NCBI RefSeq assembly: GCF_001644705.1
Contig: NZ_CP015137.1
Coordinates: 3,180,001-3,212,000, forward strand
DNA length: 32,000 nucleotides
Reading direction: 5' to 3'
Origin: Dickeya solani IPO 2222
GTDB lineage: Bacteria; Pseudomonadota; Gammaproteobacteria; Enterobacterales; Enterobacteriaceae
This document shows positions 1-9,653 of the stretch, in pieces (the first letter of the stretch is position 1; each line of letters opens with the position of its first letter). The position numbers and the translations under genes are program-made. Below the pieces are notes generated by a model. That model saw only the letters and a list, made by a program, of their open reading frames with translations, did no database searches and had not been told where the DNA came from.

Positions 1-50
1 CACCTAAGGTAGATGCCAGGTGTTAAATGTTATATTTTCAGGAGGCATGT

Positions 51-392
51 ATGAAATTTCATGATGATATAGTGATGGATCTAAAGAAATGGATTGCAAG
101 TAACCTCTCTGAGAAAATAGTTATTGACGTTATAAGTGAACGTTCTGGGTATTCTAAATGGTATGTGCAGCGGTTATTCAGAAAGGTAACAGGTATTACT
201 TTAGCCACGTATGTCAGACAACAGCGATTGTCTAAAGCTTCCTGTGAATTAATAAATACAAACCATACTATTGCATATATTGCATTGCAGAATGGCTTCG
301 CGGATCAACAAACATTTCACCGTGTTTTCGCCCGGTATTACAAGCAAGCGCCATCCAAATGGCGTAAGAATCAGTCTGCTGGTCGCGGATAA
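51..392 (+). CDS. Small MarA/SoxS/Rob-like (AraC/XylS family) transcriptional activator, about 113 aa
   Basis: Track ORF 27..392. AGGAGG at 40-45 sits 5 nt before the ATG at 51, so I prefer that start. Both HTH regions of the MarA/SoxS fold are recognisable (SERSGYSKWYVQRLFRKVTG and IAYIALQNGFADQQTFHRVFARYY), and the length matches MarA/SoxS/RamA. The gene is visibly AT-rich compared with the rest of the window. Confidence 0.8.
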   Translation: MKFHDDIVMDLKKWIASNLSEKIVIDVISERSGYSKWYVQRLFRKVTGITLATYVRQQRLSKASCELINTNHTIAYIALQNGFADQQTFHRVFARYYKQAPSKWRKNQSAGRG

Positions 393-542
393 TGATTTCT
401 GGAACTTCATTGCACTCTTAATTCACTGAAGATGATTCTTTCACAATTTTCCATGAACAGTTATGTGAATGAGAAAATCCTGCCAGACGGACTTTATTGA
501 TAAAGAATTACATCAATATGTCAGCACTTGTTATCTTCACAT

Positions 543-1170
543 TGATCTTCCCCGGCAATAGTGGACACACGACTAAGTGAGTAAACTCTCAAGCAAGAGG
601 GGACTCACATGACAAAGCCCGCATCAATCAATAAGAAGCCCCGTGAATAGCTCTCGCCGGAATTCCGTGATGAAGCTCTGAAACTGGCAGAGCGTATCGG
701 TGTGGCCGCCGCCCGTCAGCTCAGCTTTCAGGAATCGCAACCCTATGCCTGGCGCAGCAAAAAGCAACAGCAAACAGCGTCCTCAGAACGCGAAAATGAA
801 CTCGCTGCTGAACCGGCTGAGGAACTGACCGTCCTCCCAAAGGCCGCGACATACTTTGTTAAGCGCCTGAAATGGAGTATGTCTTTATCGAAAAACACCG
901 GGCAGAGTTCAGTATCAACGCCATGTGTCATGTGCTTCAGATTGTCTGCAGCGGCTGGTAGGTCTGGCAAAACAGCGCTATGGCGCGCCGCGTCTGACGA
1001 ATGAACTCCATGCGCAAGGATTGCCATTTAATATCAAAATGGTTGCTGACAGCCTGCGCCGTCAGGGACTGCGGGCCAAAGCGGCACGGAAGTTTAGTCC
1101 GGTCAGCTACCGTGAGCACGGCATGCCGGTGTCAGAGAATCTGCTGAAGCAGGATTTTGCGCTAGCGACC
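543..1170 (+). mobile_element. Degenerate, 3'-truncated IS3-family insertion sequence remnant (left inverted repeat plus decayed orfA/orfB)
   Basis: TGATCTTCCCCGGCAATAGTGGACAC at 543 resembles the IS3 left terminal repeat. The orfA-like frame starts at ATG 609 (MTKPASINKKPRE*) with a premature TAG, then continues as LSPEFRDEALKLAERIGV...[13 protein letters not shown] with an internal deletion. The orfB-like frame ([19 protein letters not shown]..., then ...[62 protein letters not shown]) is interrupted and stops matching near 1170. No DDE catalytic region and no right end are present. Confidence 0.8.
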
Positions 1171-1434
1171 CAAATCAAAAGGTAGATACCGTCAGGTACA
1201 GGCCTTGCGAGTCAGTGAGCTTGTAAGATTTTGCGAGAGGTTTCGCGGATCGGACTTTGCTGTCAGTTAACATATGAGGGTCACTCCCGTTCATCGAACT
1301 GAATGACCCGCAATCTGACCCACAAATTCCCCGATACGAAGGGATAAATCAAAACGCATCGGAAAAGATTTTCACGCCAACTTATTGAATCGTAACAACA
1401 TAGGGATTGATAAGGAAGCATAAAAAAGGAAAGG

Positions 1435-1510
1435 TGGTGCCCGGACTCGGAATCGAACCAAGGACACGGGGATTTTCAATCCCCTGCTCTACCGACTGAG
1501 CTATCCGGGC
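1435..1510 (-). tRNA. pheV: tRNA-Phe (anticodon GAA), with encoded CCA
   Basis: The reverse complement reads GCCCGGATAGCTCAGTCGGTAGAGCAGGGGATTGAAAATCCCCGTGTCCTTGGTTCGATTCCGAGTCCGGGCACCA. This matches my recollection of E. coli tRNA-Phe. The position next to speC matches pheV. Confidence 0.97.
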
Positions 1511-1520
1511 AACGGGGCGC

Positions 1521-1549
1521 ATTAAACCGTATATCGTGGGGAGCGTCAA
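1521..1549 (-). promoter_or_regulatory. Putative sigma70 promoter of tRNA-Phe
   Basis: On the minus strand: TTGACG (1549-1544), a 17-nt spacer, TTTAAT (1526-1521), then a GC-rich discriminator (GCGCCCC) just before the mature tRNA 5' end at 1510. Confidence 0.55.
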
Positions 1550-2175
1550 CGAGTTTCTGCCATAATCGCTGCGGTTGGTCTATTTTCAGTCAGCTATCCC
1601 CATTGGTAGTGGGTTTCCGGCGTGCCGGAACGTTCCCGCAATGACACGGCAGGCCAGACGGCGCGCGGCATTGCGTCGATAAATACTGTCACATTCGTTT
1701 TCTTGAATTCGGCGAAAAATAATGCCACTATTGCGCGGTTTTTAACTTACCTTTCACTTGCGGTTATTAGAGGGTTGCGGATATGTCGGATTCAATGCTC
1801 ATGGTACAGATGCCGTGCGCCGGATCTCTGCTGCTGTCGCCGCATCCTGAACGCACTGCGTTAACCCCGTCCCTGTTTTCCCGATTATCCCTCGCCACCA
1901 TGCGGTGAGGCGTGCTGACGCTCCCTGTTAGGCATGATTAAAAATAGAGCCGGTCTCTGATTTTACTGATGTCTATCGGACGGTGCTGGTCCCAGATGAT
2001 GTGATGTTTGCCTGCGCTACTGGTGCGGGTCATACGTTTGTCGCTGTTGGCTGGCATGCTGTTCGTCGTTTTGGGCAGTAGTTGATCGGGTGCGTTACGC
2101 TTAAATCGTGGCGTTATCCCTGTGAGGTGTCTTTCAGACACGTACACTCATTCTTAACCGTTTGGGTTTGGTTAC

Positions 2176-4329
2176 ATGAAACAGTTAAAAATTGCGGCTA
2201 ATGCGGCGGTTGCCTCCCGTCTAATCACCCTGCGTCCGGTTGTGGCGCTCAGTCAAACCGATTTTACCGACATCGCGGCCGTCGTGGTATCGGTTGAGGA
2301 GGCGCGCAGCGGCATCCTGTCGGTGATGCATCACTCCGGCTTCGGTATTCCGGCATTTGTAGTACGAGAATCCTGGCATAACGGTCAGGAAACGCTGCCG
2401 CCGAACAGCGAATGGCTGTGTCTGGATAAAACCGGGGAGCACGCGCTCCAACTGGAAAAAGTGGCGGCGGAGTATCAGGCCCGGCTGTTGCCGCCATTCT
2501 TCGACACGCTGTCCAAGTATGTCGGTATGCGCAACACCACCTTTGCTTGCCCTGGTCATCAGGGCGGGGCGTTTTTTCGCAAGCATCCGGCGGGGCGCCA
2601 GTTTTTCGATTTTTACGGCGAAAACCTGTTCCGGTCCGATATCTGTAATGCGGATGTGAAACTGGGCGACCTGCTGATTCATGAAGGCGCGGCCAAAAAG
2701 GCGCAGAAATTCGCGGCCACCGTGTTCAACGCCGACAAAACCTACTTTGTGCTGAACGGCACCTCGGCAGCCAACAAAGTGGTGACTAACGCTTTGCTGA
2801 CGCGCGGCGATCTGGTGTTGTTCGACCGCAATAACCACAAATCTAATCATCATGGCGCGCTGATTCAGGCCGGTGCGACGCCGGTTTATCTGGAAACCGC
2901 CCGTAACCCGTTCGGTTTTATCGGTGGGGTGGATGCGCACTGTTTTAACGAAGGTTACCTGCGTGAGCTGGTGCGTGAAGTCGCGCCGGAGCGCGCTGAC
3001 GAAGCCCGGCCGTTCCGTCTGGCGGTGATCCAACTGGGCACCTATGACGGCACTATTTATAACGCCCGGCAGGTGGTGGACAGCATCGGTCATCTGTGCG
3101 ACTACATCCTGTTCGACTCCGCCTGGGTGGGATACGAGCAGTTCATCCCGATGATGGAGCAGTGCTCGCCGTTGTTGCTGGACCTGAACGAGAACGACCC
3201 GGGGATTTTCGTCACCCAGTCGGTGCATAAGCAGCAAGCCGGTTTCTCGCAAACCTCGCAAATTCACAAGAAAGACAACCATATTCGCGGGCAGAAGCGC
3301 TTTTGCCCGCACAAGCGCCTTAACAATGCGTTCATGTTACACGCGTCCACCAGCCCGTTTTATCCGCTATTCGCCGCGCTGGACGTCAACGCCAAAATGC
3401 ACGAAGGACCGAGCGGCCGCCGGCTGTGGATGGAGTGCGTCAGGCTGGGGATCGAAGCGCGTAAGCAACTGCTGGAACGCTGCTCGCTGATCAAACCGTT
3501 TGTGCCACCGACGGTAGGCGGCATGCGCTGGCAGGACCACGACACCGAGGTGATGGCGCAGGACGTGCGCTTCTTCAACTTCGAGCCGCGCGACAACTGG
3601 CACGCCTTTGAAGGCTATGCACAGGAACAGTATTTTGTCGATCCGTGCAAACTGCTGCTGACTACGCCGGGGATTGACGCGGTGACCGGCGCTTATACCG
3701 AGTTTGGTATTCCGGCGACCATTCTCGCCAACTACCTGCGCGAACACGGCATCATTCCGGAAAAATGCGATCTTAACTCGATTCTGTTCCTGCTGACCCC
3801 GGCTGAGGACAGCGTGAAGATGGAGCGTCTGGTGGCGGCGCTGGTGCAGTTCGAGCAACTGATCGAGCAGGACGCGCCGTTAAGCGAAGTCTTGCCGAAC
3901 CTGTATCACAAATATGAGCAGCGCTATGCCGGCTATACCTTGCGCCGCCTGTGTCAGGAAATGCACGATTTTTACGTCAGCCACGATGTGAAGCGGCTGC
4001 AAAAAGAGATGTTCCGCAAAGCCTCTTTCCCGCAGGCGGTGGTCTTGCCGCAGGATGCTCACACCGCTTATATCCGCGGCGAGGTGGACCTGGTGCCGCT
4101 AGCCGAAGCGGAAGGGCGCATTGCGGCGGAAGGGGCGTTGCCTTACCCGCCGGGCGTGCTGTGCGTGGTGCCGGGAGAAGTCTGGGGCGGGGCGGTGCTG
4201 CGTTACTTCCAGGCGCTGGAAGCGGGCATCAACCTGATGCCGGGTTTTGCGCCTGAATTGCAGGGCGTCTACAGCGTGGCGCAGGAAGACGGCAGCAAAC
4301 GCCTGTGCGCGAATGTGATTGCTCGCTAA
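2176..4329 (+). CDS. speC: Ornithine decarboxylase, constitutive type (PLP-dependent)
   Basis: The 717-aa ORF is collinear over its full length with E. coli SpeC (FACPGHQGGAFF, NGTSAANKVVTNALLTRGDLVLFDRNNHKSNHHGALIQAGATPVYLE, SVHKQQAGFSQTSQIHKKDNHIRGQ, GALPYPPGVLCVVPGEVWGG). Confidence 0.96.
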   Translation: MKQLKIAANAAVASRLITLRPVVALSQTDFTDIAAVVVSVEEARSGILSVMHHSGFGIPAFVVRESWHNGQETLPPNSEWLCLDKTGEHALQLEKVAAEYQARLLPPFFDTLSKYVGMRNTTFACPGHQGGAFFRKHPAGRQFFDFYGENLFRSDICNADVKLGDLLIHEGAAKKAQKFAATVFNADKTYFVLNGTSAANKVVTNALLTRGDLVLFDRNNHKSNHHGALIQAGATPVYLETARNPFGFIGGVDAHCFNEGYLRELVREVAPERADEARPFRLAVIQLGTYDGTIYNARQVVDSIGHLCDYILFDSAWVGYEQFIPMMEQCSPLLLDLNENDPGIFVTQSVHKQQAGFSQTSQIHKKDNHIRGQKRFCPHKRLNNAFMLHASTSPFYPLFAALDVNAKMHEGPSGRRLWMECVRLGIEARKQLLERCSLIKPFVPPTVGGMRWQDHDTEVMAQDVRFFNFEPRDNWHAFEGYAQEQYFVDPCKLLLTTPGIDAVTGAYTEFGIPATILANYLREHGIIPEKCDLNSILFLLTPAEDSVKMERLVAALVQFEQLIEQDAPLSEVLPNLYHKYEQRYAGYTLRRLCQEMHDFYVSHDVKRLQKEMFRKASFPQAVVLPQDAHTAYIRGEVDLVPLAEAEGRIAAEGALPYPPGVLCVVPGEVWGGAVLRYFQALEAGINLMPGFAPELQGVYSVAQEDGSKRLCANVIAR

Positions 4330-4357
4330 CTGGCTTGTTTCCGCATCCACCAAAGAG

Positions 4358-4384
4358 AAAACCGGGGGAAACCCCGGTTTTTTT
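4358..4384. terminator. Bidirectional rho-independent terminator between convergent speC and ansP
   Basis: AAAACCGGGG-gaaa-CCCCGGTTTT is a perfect 10-bp stem. It is flanked by an A-run on the left and a T-run on the right, so it can act on either strand. Confidence 0.85.
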
Positions 4385-4398
4385 ATCGTTATCGAGTA

Positions 4399-5883
4399 TT
4401 AGCCCACCGCTTTCTCGTGTTCCGCTTTCAGCCGGTTGACCTCTTCTTTTTGTTTCCGCAGTCCATACCAGCCGGCAACCAGCAGGATCGCCAGCACCGG
4501 GATGGTGGCGATAGTCCAGGTGCCGTTTGGATAATCCAGCGCCATCAGCACCAGCACACTGAGCAGAAACGCCAGCGTTAACCAGGAGGAGAACGGCGCC
4601 AGCGGCATACGGAAGGCGACCGGGCTGGCTTTGCCCTGATTGATGGCCTGACGCAGCTTCATCTGGCAGATGATAATGAACGCCCAGGAAGTGATGATGC
4701 CGAGCGAGGCCACGTTCAGCACGATTTCAAACACCTGCGATGGCACGATGTAATTCAGGAACACCCCGATAATGTGGATGCAGACGGTGACCAGAATCCC
4801 GGCGTAAGGCACCGACTGCGCGCTCATGTTGCCGAGGAATCTCGGCGCGGAACCGCCCTGAGACAGCGAACGCAGGATGCGGCCGGTGGAGTACAGCCCG
4901 GAGTTGAGGCTGGAGAGCGCCGCCGACAGCACCACAATGTTCATGATGGTGCCGATATAAGGCACGCCCAGCTTGCTGAAGAAGGTGACGAACGGGCTTT
5001 GCCCGGCCTGATAGGCATTCCACGGCAGCAGGCACACCAGCAGGATGATCGACCCGACGTAGAACAGGCCGATACGCCAGATGACGCTGTTGACCGCTTT
5101 GGGCAGCGTTTTTTCCGGGTCTTTACACTCGCCGGCGGCGGTGCCGATCAGCTCAACGCCGGCAAACGCGAAGATAACCCCCTGTACCAATACCAGCGCC
5201 GGCAACAGGCCGTGCGGGAACAGTCCGCCGCTATCGGTAATCAGGTGCAGCCCCGGCACGTTGCCGTCCAGCGTTTTGCCGGTGCCAAGGAAAATGGTGC
5301 CAACTACCAGGAACAGGGAAATGGCGGCGACCTTGATCAGTGCGAACCAAAACTCCATCTCGGCGAACCACTTCACGCCAATCATGTTCATGGTGGTGAC
5401 AATCGCCAGCGCGCCGAGTGCGAACATCCATTGAGGAACCTCGGCAAAGGTGCCCCAGTAGTGCATGTAGAGCGCGACCGCGGTGATATCGACGATGCCG
5501 GTCATCGCCCAGTTGAGGAAGTACATCCAGCCGGCGACATAAGAGGCTTTTTCGCCCAGAAATTCGCGGGCGTAGGAGACAAAGCTGCCGCTGGACGGAC
5601 GGTGTACGATCAGTTCGCCCAGCGCCCGCAGAATGAAGAAAGAGAAGATGCCGCACACCAGATAAACCAGCGCCAGCGCCGGGCCGGCCATCTGCAGTCG
5701 TGCGCCTGCGCCCAGAAATAAACCGGTGCCAATCGAACCGCCGATGGCGATCATCTGCACCTGACGGTTACCCATGCTTTTGTGGTAACCCGTTTCATGT
5801 GAATCGAGCCAGCGTCGTTTGGCGTGGTATTCGGTCTCGTTTTTATGTTGATTCATTGCCCGTTTGATTCCCTTGTCTGTCAT
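4399..5883 (-). CDS. ansP: Amino-acid permease of the APC family, best match L-asparagine permease
   Basis: The 494-aa ORF closely resembles E. coli AnsP as I remember it (AKRRWLD.HE..YHK.MGNRQVQMIAIGG.IGTGLFLGAGARLQMAGPALALVYL, HRPSSGSFVSYAREFLGEKA.YVAGWMYF.NWAMTGIVDITAVALYMHYWG, GVKWFAEMEFWFALIKV). The start is ambiguous between ATG 5883 and ATG 5856, and neither has a strong SD. Confidence 0.85.
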   Translation of the reverse strand: MTDKGIKRAMNQHKNETEYHAKRRWLDSHETGYHKSMGNRQVQMIAIGGSIGTGLFLGAGARLQMAGPALALVYLVCGIFSFFILRALGELIVHRPSSGSFVSYAREFLGEKASYVAGWMYFLNWAMTGIVDITAVALYMHYWGTFAEVPQWMFALGALAIVTTMNMIGVKWFAEMEFWFALIKVAAISLFLVVGTIFLGTGKTLDGNVPGLHLITDSGGLFPHGLLPALVLVQGVIFAFAGVELIGTAAGECKDPEKTLPKAVNSVIWRIGLFYVGSIILLVCLLPWNAYQAGQSPFVTFFSKLGVPYIGTIMNIVVLSAALSSLNSGLYSTGRILRSLSQGGSAPRFLGNMSAQSVPYAGILVTVCIHIIGVFLNYIVPSQVFEIVLNVASLGIITSWAFIIICQMKLRQAINQGKASPVAFRMPLAPFSSWLTLAFLLSVLVLMALDYPNGTWTIATIPVLAILLVAGWYGLRKQKEEVNRLKAEHEKAVG

Positions 5884-6277
5884 TCAGGAGAATGAAATTG
5901 GCTGTTGTGTCACAGCCTGACTCATCGAGTGGATTGCGTTTTTCTGGCCTGCGGCCGTGCCGGGTTCCCTGCTGGCGTCGGGCCGAAAACGTCAGCGATG
6001 CTACCGTTTCCTGACCTGAGAGGCAAAAATTCCCTGCGCTAATTTGGTGGGTTTGTTTTGTTTGTGTGCTTGGTTTTTTATCTTTATCAATTGATAAAAC
6101 TGTTTAATTTCAATTAGACAGTTTTTCAGGCTATCAAATGGCTTTTAAGATAGTGTTTGCTTATGACTGTAACCAATCGTTTGCACTGGTTATTTGTTAA
6201 CCATTGCTAATGTGGTTGTTGGGATGGCGGTGCCCTGTGGTAAACAGGAACACCGCTTGTTCGGGGCGTGCGAGTCG

Positions 6278-7360
6278 TCAGCGACTGTAACCGCGATAAT
6301 TTTTCTGCGCGGAGCTGACCTTGTACAGATAATGTCGCGATTCAGCGGACGGATGGCGCGTCGTCAGGGTCTGGTAGACCTCGCCGGGCGACATGTTATT
6401 GATGCGGCCGAACGCCGTGTCCTTATCGCTGGAGAAGACTCTAAGCACACTGCCCGCGCCGCCGTTATAGGCGGTGATGATGGCGTAGCGCTGCGACGTT
6501 GGGTCCTGAATGCCCGACAGGTAGACATTTTTCAGCATCGACAGATAAGCGGTACCGGTGTCGATGTTGTTCTCCGGGTCAAACAGGTAGCTGCGGCTCG
6601 GTTGTCCCCATTTGCCCTTCATTTTGAACACGTCGCGGCCGGCGCTGTGCTGCACCACCTGCATCAACCCCAGCGCGTCGGAACGGCTGACCGCGTAGGG
6701 GTTGAAACTGGATTCGGTCTGCATGATGGCCAGGATCAGCGAGGCGTCGATACCGTAGCGTTCGGAGGCCTGACGCACCATCGGCAGGTATTTGTGCGCC
6801 CGTTTATCCAGATGGTTCGGCACCAGTTGAATCGTGACCGACCAGATCACGCGCATGCCGGCGGTGCGGCGCTGCAGCTTATTCTGGATCAGATAATCGG
6901 CGAAATTGCCGGCGCGGCCTTCCCAGCGAATCGGCTGGCCGGTGTTATCCAGCACCTGACCGTACAGCAACGGTTCGCGGCTGATCTGGATATCGTTGGC
7001 GTCGGAATAGAGGTCGGTGTTGCTGGCGTTATCGCCCATCAGCAAGGTGGTGATGATCGCCTGACGCAGGCTGGCCTCATAATTAGTAGAAGAAATGGTT
7101 TCGATGGTGATGGTACCGGCGTCGAAGTTGACGTGACTACGCGTCATATATTGGTCGGAGTATTTGACGTAGTCTTTGGGGCCGGCGATCAGAACCTCGT
7201 TCAATCCCCAAATGTTTTCGATGTTGTTGGCGAATTGCCCCATCAAAATGTCGAAGGCGTTGGTGTCTTTGATAAAAGCCTCGTTGTTCTCGCCTCCTTT
7301 TTTGCTGGAGCAGGAAATCAACAACGGGGCAACAAGCAGCAAAGCAAACAGTTTCTTCAT
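6278..7360 (-). CDS. mltC: Membrane-bound lytic murein transglycosylase C (lipoprotein)
   Basis: 360 aa with lipobox LLISC. Full-length similarity to E. coli MltC includes the catalytic region [25 protein letters not shown]. It lies in the conserved position downstream of yggX. Confidence 0.95.
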   Translation of the reverse strand: MKKLFALLLVAPLLISCSSKKGGENNEAFIKDTNAFDILMGQFANNIENIWGLNEVLIAGPKDYVKYSDQYMTRSHVNFDAGTITIETISSTNYEASLRQAIITTLLMGDNASNTDLYSDANDIQISREPLLYGQVLDNTGQPIRWEGRAGNFADYLIQNKLQRRTAGMRVIWSVTIQLVPNHLDKRAHKYLPMVRQASERYGIDASLILAIMQTESSFNPYAVSRSDALGLMQVVQHSAGRDVFKMKGKWGQPSRSYLFDPENNIDTGTAYLSMLKNVYLSGIQDPTSQRYAIITAYNGGAGSVLRVFSSDKDTAFGRINNMSPGEVYQTLTTRHPSAESRHYLYKVSSAQKNYRGYSR

Positions 7361-7414
7361 CGTATCAAGCCGTACGGGATCAGGAACGCGTCAGGGCCTG
7401 CCGGCCCCTGTCAT

Positions 7415-7687
7415 TTAATGTTGCGGCGGGGTGTAACCGTCGATATGCACGTCCTTGCCTTCGAACAGGAACTGCACCATCTCCTGCTCCAGCAGCTTGC
7501 GATGCTCCACATTCATCATGTTGAGCTTTTTCTCGTTGATCAGCATGGTTTGCTTGGTCTGCCACTGGGACCAGGCTTCCTTTGAAATGTCGTTATAGAT
7601 GCGTTTGCCCAGCTCGCCAGGGTAGAGCTGGAAGTCGAGCCCTTCGGCGTCGCGGTGTAAAAAGGTACAGAAAATGGTTCTGCTCAT
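7415..7687 (-). CDS. yggX: Fe(2+)-trafficking / oxidative-damage protection protein YggX
   Basis: 90 aa, nearly identical to E. coli YggX (MSRTIFCTF...[54 protein letters not shown]). It starts 3 nt after the mutY stop. Confidence 0.96.
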   Translation of the reverse strand: MSRTIFCTFLHRDAEGLDFQLYPGELGKRIYNDISKEAWSQWQTKQTMLINEKKLNMMNVEHRKLLEQEMVQFLFEGKDVHIDGYTPPQH

Positions 7688-7689
7688 GC

Positions 7690-8775
7690 TTATTCCTCAT
7701 TATGTGCACAGGCGTCAGCGAAGACCGATTGCGGCTGAGCCAGCTGGCGTAACAACCGTTCTACCGGGGCGGCGAGCCCTACGGACGGCGGCTGCGCTAA
7801 GTTATACCAGAGACCGATACCTTCATCCATGCAGGAACCTTGGTCGGAATATTCCAGCCACATCGGCACGATGTCCAGGTGGAAGTGGCTGAAGGTATGA
7901 CGAAAAGCAATGCCCTGACGTAGCGCTTGCCGCCGGATGCCGCGCTGGTCGAGCCATTGCGTCAGTTCATCCGGGCTGGGGAATTGCGGGAAGCAATACA
8001 GGCCGCCCCACAGGCCGACCGCCGGGCGCTGTTCCAGCCAGACCGTTTGCTCGTTTTGCAACAACAGGAACCAGGCGGTTTTTTCCGGCAGCGTCTGTTT
8101 GGGTTTTTTGCCGGGATACTCGGCCCAACTATGATTGGCGTAAGCGATGCAACCGTTGCTGAGCGGGCACAGTTCGCATTTTGGGCGGCTGCGGGTGCAG
8201 ACCATCGCACCCAGGTCCATCATCGCCTGATTGAATTTTTCGACGCCGCGCGCGGGCGTGACGGTTTCGCTCAGCGTCCACAGCCGCTTCTCGACCTCTT
8301 TTTTCCCCGGCCAGCCGGCTACGGCGTAGCAGCGCGCCAGCACCCGTTTGACGTTGCCGTCCAGAATCGGGTAGTGCTGACCGAGCGACAGCGAGAGAAT
8401 AGCGCCGGCGGTGGAGCGGCCCACGCCGGGCAGGTCGACGATGTCGTCAAAATGGGTTGGAAACTCGCCGCCGTGGCGGTCGACGATGGTCTGCGCCGCT
8501 TTGTGCAGATTGCGGGCGCGGGCGTAATAACCAAGTCCGGTCCACAGATGCAGCACTTCATCCAACGGCGCCGCCGCCAGTTCGGCTACTGTAGGAAAAC
8601 GCGCCATAAACCGTTCAAAATAAGGAATGACGGTGGTCACCTGGGTCTGTTGCAGCATCACTTCCGACAGCCAGACTTTATAGGGCGTTTTTTCGAGTTG
8701 CCATGGCAGGGTTTTACGGCCGTAGCGCTCGTACCACTCCAGTACCTGTTGCGCGAACTGTTGCGCTTGCATCAT
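7690..8775 (-). CDS. mutY: A/G-specific adenine DNA glycosylase
   Basis: Full-length similarity to E. coli MutY ([43 protein letters not shown], Hh[17 protein letters not shown], and the Fe-S cluster cysteines [17 protein letters not shown]). The track ORF extends to 8823. I place the start at ATG 8775 (MMQAQQF...) by comparison with the E. coli N-terminus. Confidence 0.93.
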   Translation of the reverse strand: MMQAQQFAQQVLEWYERYGRKTLPWQLEKTPYKVWLSEVMLQQTQVTTVIPYFERFMARFPTVAELAAAPLDEVLHLWTGLGYYARARNLHKAAQTIVDRHGGEFPTHFDDIVDLPGVGRSTAGAILSLSLGQHYPILDGNVKRVLARCYAVAGWPGKKEVEKRLWTLSETVTPARGVEKFNQAMMDLGAMVCTRSRPKCELCPLSNGCIAYANHSWAEYPGKKPKQTLPEKTAWFLLLQNEQTVWLEQRPAVGLWGGLYCFPQFPSPDELTQWLDQRGIRRQALRQGIAFRHTFSHFHLDIVPMWLEYSDQGSCMDEGIGLWYNLAQPPSVGLAAPVERLLRQLAQPQSVFADACAHNEE

Positions 8776-8933
8776 AGAGGCGTCGTCATCCGGCTGGTAA
8801 AAATTTGACAGCGATTGCAGCACAGAGTGAATGTACTGTAAACCGGAACTTTCCGCCTCCGGCTACTTGCTAAACAACCGTATCCTTGGATAATGCGCGT
8901 TTTCCCAACCCAATCAGACTTACAGAACGCATT

Positions 8934-9653
8934 ATGATCAATAACGTCATCTCTCCGGAATTTGATGAAAACGGACGCCCGCTGCGCAGAATCCGCAGTT
9001 TTGTGCGCCGCCAGGGCCGCCTGACCAAAGGACAGCAACAGGCGCTGGATGATTTTTGGCCGGTGAAGGGCGTGGAGTATCAGAATGAGGCGCTGGATTT
9101 CGCCCAGCTATTCGGACGCGACGCGCCAGTGGTGCTGGAGATCGGTTTTGGGATGGGGGCGTCTTTGGTTACGATGGCGCAGCAGCACCCGGAGCAGAAT
9201 TTTATCGGTATAGAAGTGCATGTGCCCGGCGTGGGGGCTTGTCTGAGCGCGGCGCAGGAAGCGGGCGTCGACAACCTGCGGGTGATGTGCCATGACGCGG
9301 TGGAAGTGCTGGAACGCATGATCCCCGATGGTTCGCTTGCCATGGTGCAGTTGTTTTTCCCCGATCCGTGGCACAAGGCGCGCCATAATAAACGCCGTAT
9401 CGTTCAGGCGCCTTTTGCCGAGCTGGTACGCAGCAAGCTGGCGATCGGCGGCGTGTTCCATATGGCGACCGACTGGGAACCTTATGCGCAACATATGCTC
9501 GAAGTGATGAGTTCGCTCGCAGGTTATCGCAACCTGTCGGACCATAATGATTATGTGCCGCGCCCGGCGTCGCGGCCATTGACTAAATTTGAGGCCCGCG
9601 GCCAACGGCTGGGGCATGGTGTCTGGGATCTGATGTTTGAGAGGAATCAATAA
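8934..9653 (+). CDS. trmB: tRNA (guanine-N7)-methyltransferase
   Basis: 239 aa from ATG 8934 ([34 protein letters not shown]...), matching the E. coli TrmB N-terminus and length. Conserved [17 protein letters not shown] is present. The track ORF (8886) carries a 16-codon extension. Confidence 0.94.
   Translation: MINNVISPEFDENGRPLRRIRSFVRRQGRLTKGQQQALDDFWPVKGVEYQNEALDFAQLFGRDAPVVLEIGFGMGASLVTMAQQHPEQNFIGIEVHVPGVGACLSAAQEAGVDNLRVMCHDAVEVLERMIPDGSLAMVQLFFPDPWHKARHNKRRIVQAPFAELVRSKLAIGGVFHMATDWEPYAQHMLEVMSSLAGYRNLSDHNDYVPRPASRPLTKFEARGQRLGHGVWDLMFERNQ

Noticed and set aside
702-1185. Track ORFs 702-1004, 743-1027, 925-1185 and 937-1119 as independent genes
   Set aside because: They are fragments or shadows of the decayed IS3 orfA/orfB frames, with a premature stop, internal deletions and a 3' truncation. 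I report them collectively as a mobile-element remnant, not as functional CDSs.
1622-2147. Track ORFs 1622-1864 (+) and 1938-2147 (-) between pheV and speC
   Set aside because: The first overlaps the tRNA-Phe promoter-proximal region and is Cys/Arg-rich nonsense-like sequence. The second has no SD or homology. Neither looks like the yqgA gene that occupies this spacer in E. coli.
2221-3312. Long antisense or alternate-frame ORFs inside speC, and similar ones inside ansP (4774-5721), mutY (7927-8808), trmB (9108-9650), tas (15359-16096), ygdQ (16716-17366), ptsP (20063-21079), lgt (21916-22617) and thyA (22838-23524)
   Set aside because: All overlap well-supported conserved genes on the opposite strand or in another frame. 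Their low-complexity, Arg/Gly/Ala/His-rich sequences have no recognisable domains. They are GC-driven shadow ORFs.
3951-4256. A 101-aa Gly/Ala/Arg-rich ORF in an alternate frame at the 3' end of speC
   Set aside because: It is a same-strand out-of-frame ORF inside a highly conserved gene. Its low-complexity sequence is typical of GC3-rich regions, and nothing suggests programmed frameshifting.
6194-7585. A 463-aa ORF on the + strand spanning all of mltC, the mltC-yggX spacer and part of yggX
   Set aside because: It is entirely antisense to two genes with unambiguous homology. Its composition (V/G/A/R/D/H/Q-rich, no motifs) is typical of shadow ORFs, which arise because stop codons are rare opposite GC-rich codons. 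It has no SD or independent support.
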